Positions 1 to 13,414 of a stretch of DNA of 64,000 bases are shown here, one piece after another; the first letter of the stretch is position 1, and each line of letters begins with the position of its first letter. The stretch lies in NCBI GenBank assembly GCA_965112155.1, contig OZ218098.1. One strand, 5' to 3'. The notes under the pieces are model-generated. The model was not told the origin of the DNA and ran no database searches. It worked only from the letters and a program-made list of their open reading frames with translations. The DNA comes from Podarcis liolepis. Lineage: Eukaryota. The position numbers were made by a program, and so were the translations under genes.

Positions 1-59
1 CACCATCCATCATTGTGTCATTTTCTACATTACTTGTAATGCCCTTCATGAATAGTATT

Positions 60-200
60 GGATTATTCTTTACAGCAGTCTTATGGGGTAGGTTATTAAT
101 ATCCCTCCTATTTTTGTAGATGATAATCTGAGATTGAGAAATTGTGGCTTTCTCTGGCTTTCCAGTGAATCTATGACTGACTAGGGATTTTAACTCAGTG
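60..200 (-). mobile_element. Old MIR/CORE-type SINE fragment
   Basis: Degenerate similarity to the reverse strand of MIR-like elements (ggtaggttattaatatccc...ttttgtagatga...ctgag). Confidence 0.45.
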
Positions 201-2781
201 CTAACAGGACTGCACTAACACTCATATTCCATGAAGCATTATCTGTTCATGCAGGACTTTTTAAACTTTAATACAGCTTTTACTGAATTGTTTCCCAGTT
301 TAACAGGCTAGAATATTTTGGCACAGCTAGGTTTTAGAATGTTTGCCCCTCATGAAAGCTAGGAATGTGGTTTGGATTCTTCAAGTAGAAGTTCTCCAAG
401 TAGATGCATACTTGAATTTGTTGCATCACTGTTGTGTGAACATCTGGAGTCCAACTGATGTAGAAGCATGTAATAATACTGTTGCCTGCAGTGGAGAGAC
501 GGTGAATATTTCTGCAAGCTGAGAATGTGGCTTAGTTTCAGCAAAGGGTAATCTTTGAAAACAATATTTTAAGAGCTCCACGGAAGAATGCTTCATAAGA
601 ATCCAATCAGAATCAGCGGGAGTCCTTTTTACGAACTTGTGGCATTGGCACCTGACCCTTAGTGAGAAGCCTTTTTGTTTTGGGGATCTGATTGGCTCTC
701 GATGGAAAGGAATTGTTTGATGAATGCAGCAGCTGCAAACCGGAAGACCTGAGAAACCCTTGGGAAGCAGCCTTAAGCACAGATGAATCGCTTGTCAGCT
801 TCTTACTCTGCTCTTCGGGGGACCTCTAGGTCTCTTATAACCCCTGCTGCGTTAGGCCAGCTTCTTCCTTTGGCAAGTGGGAGCAAGAAGGGGGTGAAAG
901 AAACAGCTGCTGTTCTGCTGCTGTTTAGAATACCCAGGCGAGGAGGAGGAAAGCAACTCATGCTTCACTCTCCCTTGGGCCTTGTAAATTACAAGGTCAG
1001 CAATGGGGACCTTCTAGGAGAGCAAGATTGCTGGCTGGAGTGGTGGAAGACAGAGGGGATGGTACATGTCATATGGGCAAGGAAGGTGGCTCTAGAAATG
1101 GGAGCTTTGATTTAAAAATAAAAAAGGGAAATCAGCAAACATGTAGGAGATGATGCACTCAGGCAATTGAGTTAAAGGGAACCTACAGCCAGTTAAAAGG
1201 CTATAAAAGCCTTTTGGCTTGCTTGGTCAAAACAGGAATGGAGATGGCAGGAGTGGGAGATGAAATTCTGGCCATGAAGCTTCTCTAGCTTGTGTAACCT
1301 TTTCTAAGGTAACACTACCCTCTGAGCACACCAGACCTGCTGTAATTATTCCTCATAACTGCAGGGTGAATATGAGCCAGCTGGGCTCCAGGATTTCACT
1401 GCTCGGTGCAGCCAACAAGCAAATTGCGATCATCTATCAAGGAAGAATGGATGGCGACTTCCCCTTTTACATATGGGGGGGAATAGCTATCTGGATGTGG
1501 GGATAAAGAAGGCCCAGGGGCTGTTGTGTAGCCTCTAATATATCTGAGGTCCAGAGGGGAATATAACGGATGTGTTTTGGCAGACAGCATTTACACTATT
1601 CAGAGGGATTTCATCACAGAAATAGATCAATTAATTGCATATAACTCCAGCGACCGTGAATTCCACAAGAGAGCAATAGGGTTGTTTCCAAGCTAGCTGC
1701 ACCCTCAGTCTCTTTGGTATTACAAGCTGGCCACCAAATACCTGGCTTTGCTCCAACAAACTCCTGTGTCCCCCCCTCTGAAAAAAATATTATTTGGGGG
1801 CTGAATAACTTGCCTCCCTTGCTTGTGTTATTGTATTTCTCCATTTCACTACATGTGAAATAGGGTTGCAGATGCCTCCCTCAGTCTCATGAAAGAGATT
1901 TTGGGAGGTCGGATGCAGTTAATGGGCTGTTGTGTGCCAACAGCTCTACAAGGGCTTAGCAATTTTTTGGCAGGCGGCTCAAAAGTTATATGGTTCACCC
2001 CACCCCCTTCAAAACATGGCTTCAAAACTTTGAGAGCAGAGTCTCCTTTAGAAATGGGAAGAAGGTCATTCTGTTCACAAAGTCCCCCTTGTTGCAAGTT
2101 TAATCCTCAAGCTGTAGGGTGGGTTGTTGGGGTTTTTTTTGGTACCGTTATCTGCCTTCCTCACAAGCGTCTTGCAAGATGGGAAAGAATGTCAGAGCAA
2201 ACAGGTTGTGGCTGTTCTGTGTTAACTTTGGGCAAAGGCAAGACAATGTAGCACAACAGGCCGGCCTTCTGTGTATCTCAGTGTAGCATTGGGGGGGGGG
2301 GGAATCACATTTCAAGCTCTCATTGTAAAAGAGAAAAGTTTGAAAAATGTGCAGATCAAAATGCACTAAAATTTTTGTAGCAATGGGAGTAGAAAGGTGA
2401 AGATTGAATTTGACCTCAGTTTTGTGTGCCAAGCTTCTGGGCCATACTCAGACTTCCTTCAAAGCTGCTAGGCTCTTATTCTCTATCCTTCCTTCAATCA
2501 CCATGGCTCAAGCCTTAGTTTCTTCCTTGTCCTGTCCTGCCATGGCTCTTATCAAAGTATCCCATGTTCTGTTGAAACCCAAATTGCATATATCTTACTA
2601 ATTTTCAAACAATAGGGCATATCTCCACAGGTGGCATCTTGGTTTTTCACTTTCTAGCTCTTGTGTATTTGACCTTCTCATTTCTCATTGTACCTTATTT
2701 AGTCCTCATTGGTTTTCTGCCCATCCAGCATGTCTTTGGTTCAGTGCTTCAGGAGTAATCTGCCTGCAAACAGGACTAACA

Positions 2782-3144
2782 TGCCAGGGCCGTCAGAGGG
2801 CCAGCTGACCAGACCTGGAGCAAAAGGAATGTTCTCTGCTCCAAGGTGCCCAATGTCAGTTGCTGAGGTTGGAAGCTGAAGCCTGAAGTGCAGCATACAG
2901 AGGATACTTTGCTAACCAGGCAAGAGTCAACTAAGTCCAAGCTCCCATTGTTTATGCCAGACCTGGGCATTCCCAGATGTGTCATACTGCCCACTACTTC
3001 CAGGGTTGGATGTTGCAGATCACCACTCTCTTTCTTGATCTGAGGTCTGAGCGCACACAGTTGCAGCCACCTGACCAAGCCAGGATGCAGGTAGAGACCA
3101 GGCCAGGTGATAAGGTGGGGAATCAGGCCCTGGGGTCCCTGACA
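2782..3144. mobile_element. Possible degenerate solo LTR (Gypsy-like)
   Basis: Ends TGCCAGGG...CCCTGACA (TG..CA with short imperfect inverted termini), ~360 bp. No target-site duplication found. Confidence 0.3.
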
Positions 3145-5855
3145 CAGCACTGGTAAATGGTCCTCCTATGGCTTTTGGTAAAAGTTATGTGAACACTTCT
3201 GCTTTTAAGCAAATTTCCAAGTGAGCAAGAACAGGGAAATTACAACACTAAATAAGAACAAGCAATATGAATGAGAGGGAGAGTGGTATAAAGTATGCTG
3301 GGCATTAGTTATGTGTGAAGTTCCTCAGTGACAATCTTTGCAGCAAATTCTTATTGCTGGCAGTCTACCATGTAGCTGCATTAGCAATACATGCTGCCTT
3401 TTTTTTTTTAAGGATCAGAATCCATGGGGTGCTTCTGAAGAGGTTGCAGAAGAGTGTGAGCTACCCTGGTTGTCTATGTTTCCTTCCCTTTCCCCCCATT
3501 TCTGAGTGCCAGCCCAAACAAAATTATTGTACAACAGCATTCAAGGGAAAGGGGGAAGCCACTGAGAATGCCTTTTTATGTGCCCTTGTTGGTCCACCTT
3601 GGAGCATGGATAGTAGTGAGATGGCAGCATGCGGCAGCTTCTGAAGCACCTGTTGCCTATTTTTTATATGGCACCATTGCTAGGAAACCTGACCTTCACT
3701 TGTCACTGTGATATTAAAGAGCTGAAATTTGACAAATCTTCACACCCTTGCCCCAAAGGACAAGAAAAATGAGGAAAATCCTGATATTAGATTGATTAAG
3801 GGGAGAGGAATCAGAGGTGCTGCCGGCATTCAGTAGACAGCTCTTGTAGGATGCTGAAGATGCATCTCTTGCCTTGGCCTTTGACACCTGAGATGTGTGT
3901 TGTTGGGTGGCATTAATAACAATAATACAATGGAATAATACAATGCTGTGCATGACTATCAGCACAGGGAGAGGTTCAGCAGAGGGCACTTTGCAGCTTG
4001 ACCACCTTAAACCTAGAGCTCACTGTGCCCTAGATGACATCTTGTGTTTATGCAATGGGTTGGAGACAAAGAACAGAGAACTTGCCTGTGGAGGGTAAAG
4101 GGTTAGGGTTTGGGTTTTGACAGAAATGTTGAAAAAGGTTTCTAAGGGAGAAACCCAGAAATGGGTTATTGTGGAGATGAGTTTCTTATTCTCTCATTAT
4201 GTGTTTTGCTGGGAAAACAAGTGTGGACATTTCCGAAAAAGACTAGTTCTGGAACTCATCTGTGTGAATGTAATGCCAGGCATATGATCTATAAGCCTTC
4301 GTTCTAAGTATTTTGTGAGGCAGGGGGCTGCCGATATGTTACAGCTGTTCACTGGCAAAGGAAATGCATTGTGCTCATGGTTAGAGGCAGTTTTCTTTGC
4401 AAATTCTGGGACAGCCCAAACACATTTTAGGTTTTATTGGGATGGCTTTTCTGTGCCCAAGAGAAATGTCTGTGTGCAGTTCCCTCACCTCGTGGGAAGA
4501 AGAGGCCTCGGGAGAGCACGTAGCTTGAAGGGAAGAGAACACACATAGGCAAAGTTAAGACGGCCCATGGGATTTGGGGGTTAAAAAAACCCCTCTCGCA
4601 CACACCCTGCCTTAATGTCACAATAGTCTTGGCACCAACAGAACGGGCGAGGCAGCAAGAGGAATTTGGAGACTGTGAGCCACGAAACCCAAGAAGTGGC
4701 AAGGAACCTGAGGTGGAGATGCAGAATTTTAGGTACGGAATGAAACTTTGGTGGTGAATCATACCATTATTTATTAAGATTTGTCATTATTAATGACAAT
4801 AAATAATAATAAAGAATGAAGAAGAATTAGAAATAAAATTAGAACAACTTAGAAGTTATTTGAAGTGTTAACATAGCTATCAAGAAGAAAATAGGCTTAT
4901 TAAATTGAATGATACATCCCTAGCTCAAATTCTCCACACAAGTTCTCTACACAAAAGTGTGTCTTTTCAGCAGTTGCTCCACAGGCATGGTGATTCTCTC
5001 CCCAAATAGGTCTTTCTATCTTTTTTTCTTTGCCAGTTTTTCTAGAGGAATGTAAAGGCCTTTTCTTTATTATAACCCCCCTAAGCATTTTGGGAATAGA
5101 GTATTTTAGCTGCCTGTTGTTTGACACTGCTGCTTTTGTAGTTAATCTGCTGGTACTCATTGTTTTAAGTTATTTTGCTGCTAGCTTCTTTTTGCAGTTC
5201 TTCTGCTTGTGGTTTATTGCTAATTTTATGTTGTATTTTGTATGTTTTTATTATTGCCTAATTAACAGGAAAAAACAAGGTAGATAGATGATGACGACAG
5301 TGGCAACAGCATTAATGATAAACTATTGTAACTAATTAAAAAGGTGGGACTTGAGTCTGATGTACACTTGAGAGGTTGCAAAGCCTGCACCATGCACTGG
5401 GATGAGCAGTTTTTGAGGTAAGGCGAGGTAGGGGGCTCCGTGTTTGCATACTTTCTCCCACAGAAGTCAGTGGCAGCTATTGACTTTTACATGGAAGAAA
5501 AGAAACAAATTCTGGTCAGTAAAACTGGGGTCAGGTGACATAGAATCCACTCTTGAAAGCAGAGAGTGAAGGTAACGGGGGAACCTAATAGAACTGTTGC
5601 CCAGCCTCCCTGCAGATAGTACAGTGCATCTCTGTGCAGAGGGTGCTGAGATGGACTGTCCCTCATACTGGCCAGTAAACATGTACTTTCGCTTCAGAAT
5701 AAAGCCTCCCTCACACATTAAGTCACGTTAAGGGAATCCACCCATTGAGGTGCCTCTGACCCAACCCCAACATAGAGCAGCTGCTAATCTCCATGTACCC
5801 CAGCAATTATTACATATGGCCTTTTATTATAAATCTGTATACATCTATGTCCCTT

Positions 5856-6003
5856 GAGAGATAGCTCAGCTGGTAGAGCATGAGACTCTTAATCACAGGG
5901 TCGTGGGTTCAAGCCCCACATTGGGCAAAAGATTCCTGTGTTTCAGGGGTTTGGACTTAGATGGCCCTCACGGTCCCTTCCAACTCTGCAATTCTATGAT
6001 GAT
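5856..6003 (+). mobile_element. tRNA-Lys(CTT)-derived SINE with CR1-derived tail (lacertid P.s.1/SINE-like)
   Basis: Head tagctcagctggtagagcatgagactcttaatcacagggtcgtgggttcaagccccacattgggc is tRNA-Lys-CTT-like with A and B boxes. It is directly followed by a CR1 3' end (ggtcccttccaactct...attctatgat). Confidence 0.85.
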
Positions 6004-9000
6004 TTGATGATCTTTAAAAATGTCACTATTCTCGAAGCATTTGATTAGGGAAATGTAAAAGTACTTTTCATTTCTGTTATTTTCAGAATGGTATAATACA
6101 TCTTAAATTGAGTTGGTAGTCATTGGGTTGGTTTGCATTTGATGCCAAATCATGGTCTGGCTACCTTCAGGTTGCACACGCCCTCTGATTCTCCCCCCCC
6201 CCACCCATGCTTCTCTCATCTGTACCAATTTCCCCCACCCCTGGATCCAACTGGGCTGACTGTGGTTAATCTGCAAGTCAGAATTAGAAACTACAGTTGT
6301 TATCAGGACTGCAGATGGGATGATAGTAGATACTTTAAGCGTATCTGCAGCGCCCCTGCCCCCAAGAATTACTGCTCCTTTTTGCAGTTCATGAGCTGCG
6401 AAATTGGAGATACCATTTTGGTTTCAGACCTAGCAAAACATAGATTTGGATAAACAATAGTGTTCCTTTAAAGCAGACATGTCAATTAGAAGTCCTAAGA
6501 GGTGGTAGTAAAAATAGTGAAGGGTAACTTATTACTCTGTGTAGACAAGCATTAAATGAGCCTTGAGTCCAATTCAATCATCTCTGGAGCCTCTTATATT
6601 TCACAAAGTTTTCTGCTTTGTGTTATGGCAAGGTGCTTTAGAAACAATTATTTTGTTTTGCTGATGTATCCTTTTAAGGATAATTGCATACAAGATTTAA
6701 AAGACCTTTGACAGAAGTTGGGAATCTTCTAATAATATCACCAAATTCAATAGGCTGGATCCAACTTACAAGTGGAAACCTGTGCAGGAACTTCTGCTAT
6801 GGCAATGGGGCTTTCCTGCCCTTGACCCCACTCCCCAATTGGCTCTGGGACATCTTGGAGAGAGGAAAAGGCTAAGGAGTAAACCCTACACAAATCTGGA
6901 GTGGAGTCCCTAGGACAGTTGGATGGTGCCTTGTACGACTCCTTCCGGCAACTCCTGCAGCCAAGCTGGTGCCAAATGTATTGCTCTGCTTTCCTTTGGA
7001 CCACATCAGCAAGGCCTGGACAGCCCAGGACCTCCATATACACTGCTCAGGCTTTTGCCCCAGGAAGGACACCAGTTCTTCTAACACAGCAAAAACAATG
7101 CAGGAGGCAGCATTTACCAGTCTCTGCAGCTACAGCAGGCATTGTGATTCTCCACTGGTTTGATTTCACCCCTGGAAGTGCACTCCATTGTCAACTGGTG
7201 TGTCTCAGTGGGAGCTAAGATGACCAAGAAAGGCATAGGCGACGGGCAGAAATTACCAGTACTTAGTCTTCTTCCTCTGACTATGGCAGGAAGAAAAGTG
7301 AGTAAACTAGTGTCTGATAAAAATAAAATAAAATTATGAGACTTAAAGTTTTGAGCCAGGCAGATCAGAAGACAGAAAATTGAACTGGAGATCTGGAACA
7401 TCTCAGGATGCAGCCTGCTCCACTGAAGCTGATGTGGAGACAGATGAATGTTGAGTGTCTGTTGGAGTTGTTAAGCAGAACTCTTCCATCTATGCTCACC
7501 ATGTATAGCTGAAAATGAATACAAACATTACAAAATGTCTTAAGCCCCAGTGACTTCATGCCAAAGAAACACAAAAATGGGTAACTGCTTGCACCTGAAA
7601 TTTCACATCGCTCAGAGAACTGGGACATTTGGGCAAGTGCAGCAATTTAATCTGAAGTCAATGAAAAAGTTGCATGCTGAATACACAGTGAAAATAATGT
7701 ATTGGCAATTTGTTCATCTTAACCCATGATTTAAATGCCTGGTTAATTAAAGGAATAAGTCTGTACATTGAAACAGGCAGCAAAGGGTTGACGTTGGGTT
7801 AGAAAGGAAAGTTTTCTTTAGAAGATTCTTGTAGCATAGGTCTTGGAATAGCTTGTTTTCATCCTTCACCCCAATTTATTTATTGTTTTAATAAAATGGA
7901 CTCTTGTGCACCATAACAGTAGTTTGAAGAATGCTTTCATCTATGGGCAAAGAGTTAAGCCAGATATTCTGAAATCTACAGCCCAATAACTACAAATGTC
8001 AGCATGAGCTAGACTTGTTCATTTAGGAGAGAGAGAAAATCCTTAACAGGTGTCTTGGATGATGTGTAGTTTTCCAATTCTTACAGTCCTTATAACCTCT
8101 CATTTCCTCAGGTTTATAATCTAGGCTTTGAAGAATAGCTAGCCAGTCAAAAGCTCCATAAAAATTTCATGCAGAAGATGCAGAAGTGCTTAGTGCAGGC
8201 TTCAGTAAAGATGGAAGGTTGAAGGAGGTACTCCATACGATGCAGGATCAGAGCCATGCTTACTGCATGTAAATGTCATTTGGATGTAAACCTTAGTGGT
8301 AAAATAAATGTTTGGAATCCTCCAGAGGGATATAGATAGAAGTCTGTTTACCAAAAGCACTCAGAATCTATAGCTCCCATTGACTCTTTCAGAACAGAGC
8401 AATTCTAAAGATCCAAGAAAATGGCTAAAATTAAGGCAAGAGAAACAAGCTGATCATTAAGGTAGTGTTGATGTCTGTCAGTCCATGGAACCGCTGGTGT
8501 TTGTTAGAGAAATAAATGAAATAACCTGCCTTGTGCACTGATAAGAGCAATATAAGGAATGTCAGCAGGAGCATGTGGTGGGCTAGACAGTTTCTGTATC
8601 TTCATAGCTCTCACTGCCAGAAGGGACTATTATGGTCAATTATTTTGACCTTCTGCATGGCACAGGTCAGAAGATTTTCTGTCAGTAATTCCTGCAGCAA
8701 GCCCATAGGGCTCTTCTCTCTCTTGCAGCTCTGATTTTATAGCAGGGAAGAGATGGAGAGAAATGGAAAAAATGCAAGCACAACATTTTTCAAAGGCACA
8801 GAAAGAGAGTGACAAAGGAGGCAGTGCCCATTGCATTTGTGGCTTATGCACAGGGGTCTGTGGAATAGATAGAGGCAGAGTGTATAGCAAAATGAGCACT
8901 TTGGTGAGTGATGAACGTGTTTCAGATTTCTGCTCCATCCTTTTCTCTCATGGAGGGCAGCCTGAAAAACTAAAGTAAGTGTCTATTTATATATTTGTTG

Positions 9001-11786
9001 GAATGTATCCACTCCCTTCTTTTCTACTGTGCTAGAGTACAGTACAGTTTTTCAAAGTCTTGCAATCCTCCCACTGTCCTAATCCTATTCAGGCACTTGC
9101 TTCCTATATTAAATCAACATGTGATGGGAGAGAATGGGGATAAAGCGCACCAACTCTGTCCTGCGGTGGTTATTGGCAGCACTGTGCTGCTTACCTGACC
9201 CCCTATCACTGTCATCACTGTGATGTACCAGGAAGGGTGAGGGGCAAGGTAGTGATGAGGTCAGCATGGTGCAAGCACACCAACAGCAGCACCAGATAGA
9301 TTCCGTAAGTGCATACGCATAATGCCCATCTCAAAGCCACCTTACTCCTTCCCTTCCTGAAATGCCGCAGTGACAGCAGTGATCAGGGGTCAGGCAAGCA
9401 TCTCTCCCTTGCCCTGATGACTGCCACTGCTGCCCTGGTCACCCTCCAGAAGCTGGAAGGTGATTGTCTGCAACAGGGAGCCTGGTGTGCTCATGTAAGT
9501 GCCACACACAATGTTAAACCCTGACAGTCTCCTTCTAACTCATAGAGGATAATGGGGACGGGGACAGAGAAAGCAGAGTTCAACGAATGCCTAAATATGG
9601 ATCCTGACTGTGCATAATACTCGCTGGACTTGCTTGCAGAATAAGTTGCAATAGATAGTAAGTTAAATGGTGACTGAGGTGTGCACTGTTTGCATTGAAA
9701 TGCCCTTAGGCATCCTAATGATAAGACAGGATGAGAAGTGCAGAATGGATACATAGCTAAATTGCCCCCTAGCTGTTAAGCATTTCATAAATCAAAGCCA
9801 GCCGCCTGAATTGTGTCTGGGATCCCATAGAGAAACAGTGCAAGTTCTCACTGGTGTAATATGCTCCTGCTGCCTAGTTTCATCAAGGGATGGCTTCGCT
9901 CTGCAGCAGTTAGCACTCTCTGACAATTATCAAGGGCAGCCGTGTGCTGTGTATTACATTGTACGGTGACAAAGAGAAGGTATGAACCATGTCACCAGAT
10001 CTATATCCAGCTTTCTGACCAGATGGACCTGGTGAAAAGCATGTCTGACCACTGCTATAGGTTAACCCTCCAGACTGAGCAACAGGCCTAGGAGCACCCC
10101 AGCGCTACAGCCTTGAATGACAATATGAAATCTTCACTACTGTCTCTTTTTCCCCTCCATGGCGGCGGGGGGGGGGGGAGCTTGCATACTTCTAGACCAG
10201 TAGAAGGTTATCTAAATCAAAAACAACAGCTACGACTACATCTTATTTTTTATCTTTTGGGAAACCTGACAATGCTATTGAAAAGCGGAAGCACTGTCCC
10301 AATTTACTATAGACCATCCTAAGACTGATTTAACTGAACTTCAAGTGACAGCTTGTGTGTGGGAATCACAGATTGATCACTACAGATAACAGCTTTTCAT
10401 TTCGTGTGATGTCATCTCAAACACAATATGTTTCAATGACCACAGTTCAGCTGAGATTAATCAAAAGTTGATTAAAGTGGAATAAAGTGATAAGAAACTG
10501 CATAAGTGGAGATCAAGTGCTGTGCATGGCTATTTACTTGACACAGCCCCTGGTGCTGTGTAAGCTTGGGCAATGTATATTAATTGAGAAGTAGTTTACT
10601 CCAGGCAGTACTCAGACCACAACAGCAATTTCTGTGAAGAACTTTGGCTTACTAACATCACTGGGGCTACATGTTTGCTCAAGCAAAGTTAATTGGGGCC
10701 TCAGTTGCGAATACAACTAGAGGCTGTCTCTTGAAGAAGAAAAAACCTGTTTTGTGGTAACATAAGTTCAGAGTATTGTAGCTGAGAGGTAGCCAACATG
10801 CCGAAGGCTATAAGATCCCCAGAGTTTGCTCTTGGAACTTTAAATAATTTAAGAACTTAAAATAAATTTTTTATAAATGAAATGATGTTGAATAGCTAAA
10901 ATATTGCCTTAAATAGGCCCTAAAGTATAGGACATTAAGTTCAACAGGTTCCTAAAACCCTAGTGCTGTGAGCGGCCTTTGCATCAGCACAGCAGCAACA
11001 TATGGGATGAGGTTTAAGAGTGCCGGGGCCAGAGAAATGTTGTATGATGGCAGCCTTTACCTTCATATCCTGAGCAGCTCCAGGCTGGATTTTTGTCCTA
11101 AACCTGCAGTTTTATAAGATTTTTGGACGGGGTGGTTGTGGTGGTATGTGGTACAAAAGCACAGAGGTCCCCTGTTGTTTGTCGGACCTCAACACTAAGA
11201 GGTTAGATATATTTTTAAAGCCCCAATCCTGGCTTTTTTAGGAAGAAGGTTCTTACCTAGCTTTCTCCCAAGGTGATATAATTCCATGTAACATGATGCT
11301 GATGGTCATGTATTTCAGCTTTCAGTGAAAGTGTTTTGCTGATGGTCGGGATCTGCCTCTTGAAGACCAGAAAGTAGTCCCCCCCCCCAGGTCTGCTTGA
11401 GTTGCAGCTCTATGGGAGGGTATTGGTGGAGCATGGAGTAGTGCTTTTCCCTGCAGTATTTTTTTGCCTTGCCTGTGCAAGCCATATGAAGCTGCTTGCT
11501 TAAACATGCACCTTTCTTCATGCATCTGGTTCTGACTGCATGATGATAGATAATTTCATGGGTTACATAGTTTGATATATGTGGGACAGTTGGGTTCTCC
11601 TATGGGTTTTTTGGTTGCTTCCACTATTATAGGTCCATTCAGGGCCAAAGTAAACTTGGCATTAAACTCATTATATTTCAAGTGCAAATAATAGCTTCAG
11701 AGCAGAGAGATTTTCTTTACGACTGCAAGAAAGAATGAGATGGTTCAGTTCCTCCTCACTGCCTGCTACAATCTTGATAATAAGGT

Positions 11787-12110
11787 TTAGGGGAGCTTTT
11801 AATGTTTGATGTATTTCAGTATTTTAATACAGTGGTACTTCAGGTTAAGTACTTAATTCATTCCGGAGGTCCGTTCTTAACCTGAAACTGTTCTTAACCT
11901 GAAGACCACTTTAGCTAATGGGGCCTCCTGCTACTGCTGTGCCGCCGGAGCACGATTTCTGTTCTCATCCTGAAGCAAAGTTCTTAACCCGAGATACTAT
12001 TTCTGGGTTAGCGGAGTCTGTAACCTGAAGCGTATGTAACCTGAGGTACCACTGTATTTTGTTGGAAGCCGCCCAGAGTGGCTGGGGAAGCCCAGCCAGA
12101 TGGGCGGGGT

Positions 12111-12150
<40 letters not shown>
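11787..12150 (+). mobile_element. L2-type LINE 3' tail, split by a MITE
   Basis: Matches the tail at 25220-25325 (gccgcccagagtggctgggga...cagccagatggg) and ends in (AAT)n; interrupted at 11830-12054. Confidence 0.75.
11830..12054. mobile_element. Tc1/mariner (Tigger/pogo-like) MITE, family A copy 1
   Basis: TIRs CAGTGGTACTTCAGGTTA / TAACCTGAGGTACCACTG, TA duplication on both sides, near-identical to 25983-26207 and 62765-62990. Confidence 0.92.
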
Positions 12151-12154
<4 letters not shown>

Positions 12155-12183
12155 CATCATCATCATCATCATCATTATCATCA
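12114..12183. repeat. Compound (AAT)n/(CAT)n microsatellite
   Basis: Directly visible; forms the LINE tail. Confidence 0.9.
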
Positions 12184-13414
12184 CACACACCACTGATGCT
12201 TAAAAACAACAACCCTGCATGTTAAATGCAGAAACACAATTAACATGAGGTTTGGCGGCCACACTCACGTGCTTCCAATTGTTTCTCAACTCATAACATC
12301 CCATTCTCAAAGTCACTGAGGTCTAGTGAACATGGAACAATAGTGCTGTGAATGCCATTCTCAATCATTCCATGAGGCAGTTCTTGCCATGCGTCAAGCT
12401 TTTTGAGTGCAGCAGCTCCACAATGATGTGGACAAATTCCTCTCTCCACCACCTGGTAATGATCCACATGGTAATTTGCAGCACACACAACTTGCCACAT
12501 AAATTGGCAGCTTGGAGAGCAATTTAAAACAGCCCCCATGTCTCTGCCCCCAGCAGGGACTGGGGTCTGAGTGCTATGCCTTATGCCATTGGGATCTCAG
12601 AAGAACCCTTAAGTGATCTAATGCAAGGACCAGAGGCATTGACCAGGCAAATCACAAACTCCTTGATCTGTCAGTCCTGCAATCACCCTATCCTTTTGAC
12701 CTCTAGTGCCGCTGTCCATGGTAGTGGCTGCAAATCTTTTGACTCTGATCAGCACTGATCCGCCAACACTCTTCAGGGACAATCACAAAAATCAAGGAGT
12801 CAGTGTGGGTACCGTGTAGCAGGAAAATGCACAGAACTTTGTGAAATATAAGCCCCCTTCATGCCTACGAAAACCCCACGTGTCCCAAACTGGAAGAAAA
12901 TTAGGAGAAAGGGCTGAGGAGTCTATCATCGGCCGATGGGCAGAGATATAAGTCACAACGGGCCTTGAAATCAGAGACTGGTAGTTGGAAGGTAATGAAT
13001 TATGAGAGCAAGCCAAGAGAGGATTTTGAAAGAGTGAACGAGTAAGCGGTCTACGTGGATGCATCTTGAAGAGCAGGAGAGACAAATTAGTTTTAACACA
13101 TAATTTCTGGGTATATTTCAGAAAAGAGGGAAGTTTGGTTATTTGCACAGCAAGCTAGCATTTAGAACACTAATTGCAACAGAGCTCTAAGATCTATTCT
13201 GTGTACAGTGGGGAAGCTATTTTCACCTGGTGTTTCTTATGTTGGTGAATTTCAGTAAATACATACGTGGTTATTGCCATGCCTGTAATAAACAGAAGCA
13301 ATGGTGTATTCCTACCATTTCAGACTAGTACTCTGTGTAACACAGAAGTAGCCTGTGGCATTCATTTGCACAGTATGTAGCAATAAGGACAACTGCAGAT
13401 AACGTTAAAAGTGC

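Noticed and set aside
5856-5927. Functional tRNA-Lys(CTT) gene
   Set aside because: The acceptor stem 5' strand does not pair with the 3' strand, and the sequence runs straight into a CR1 tail, so it is a SINE head.
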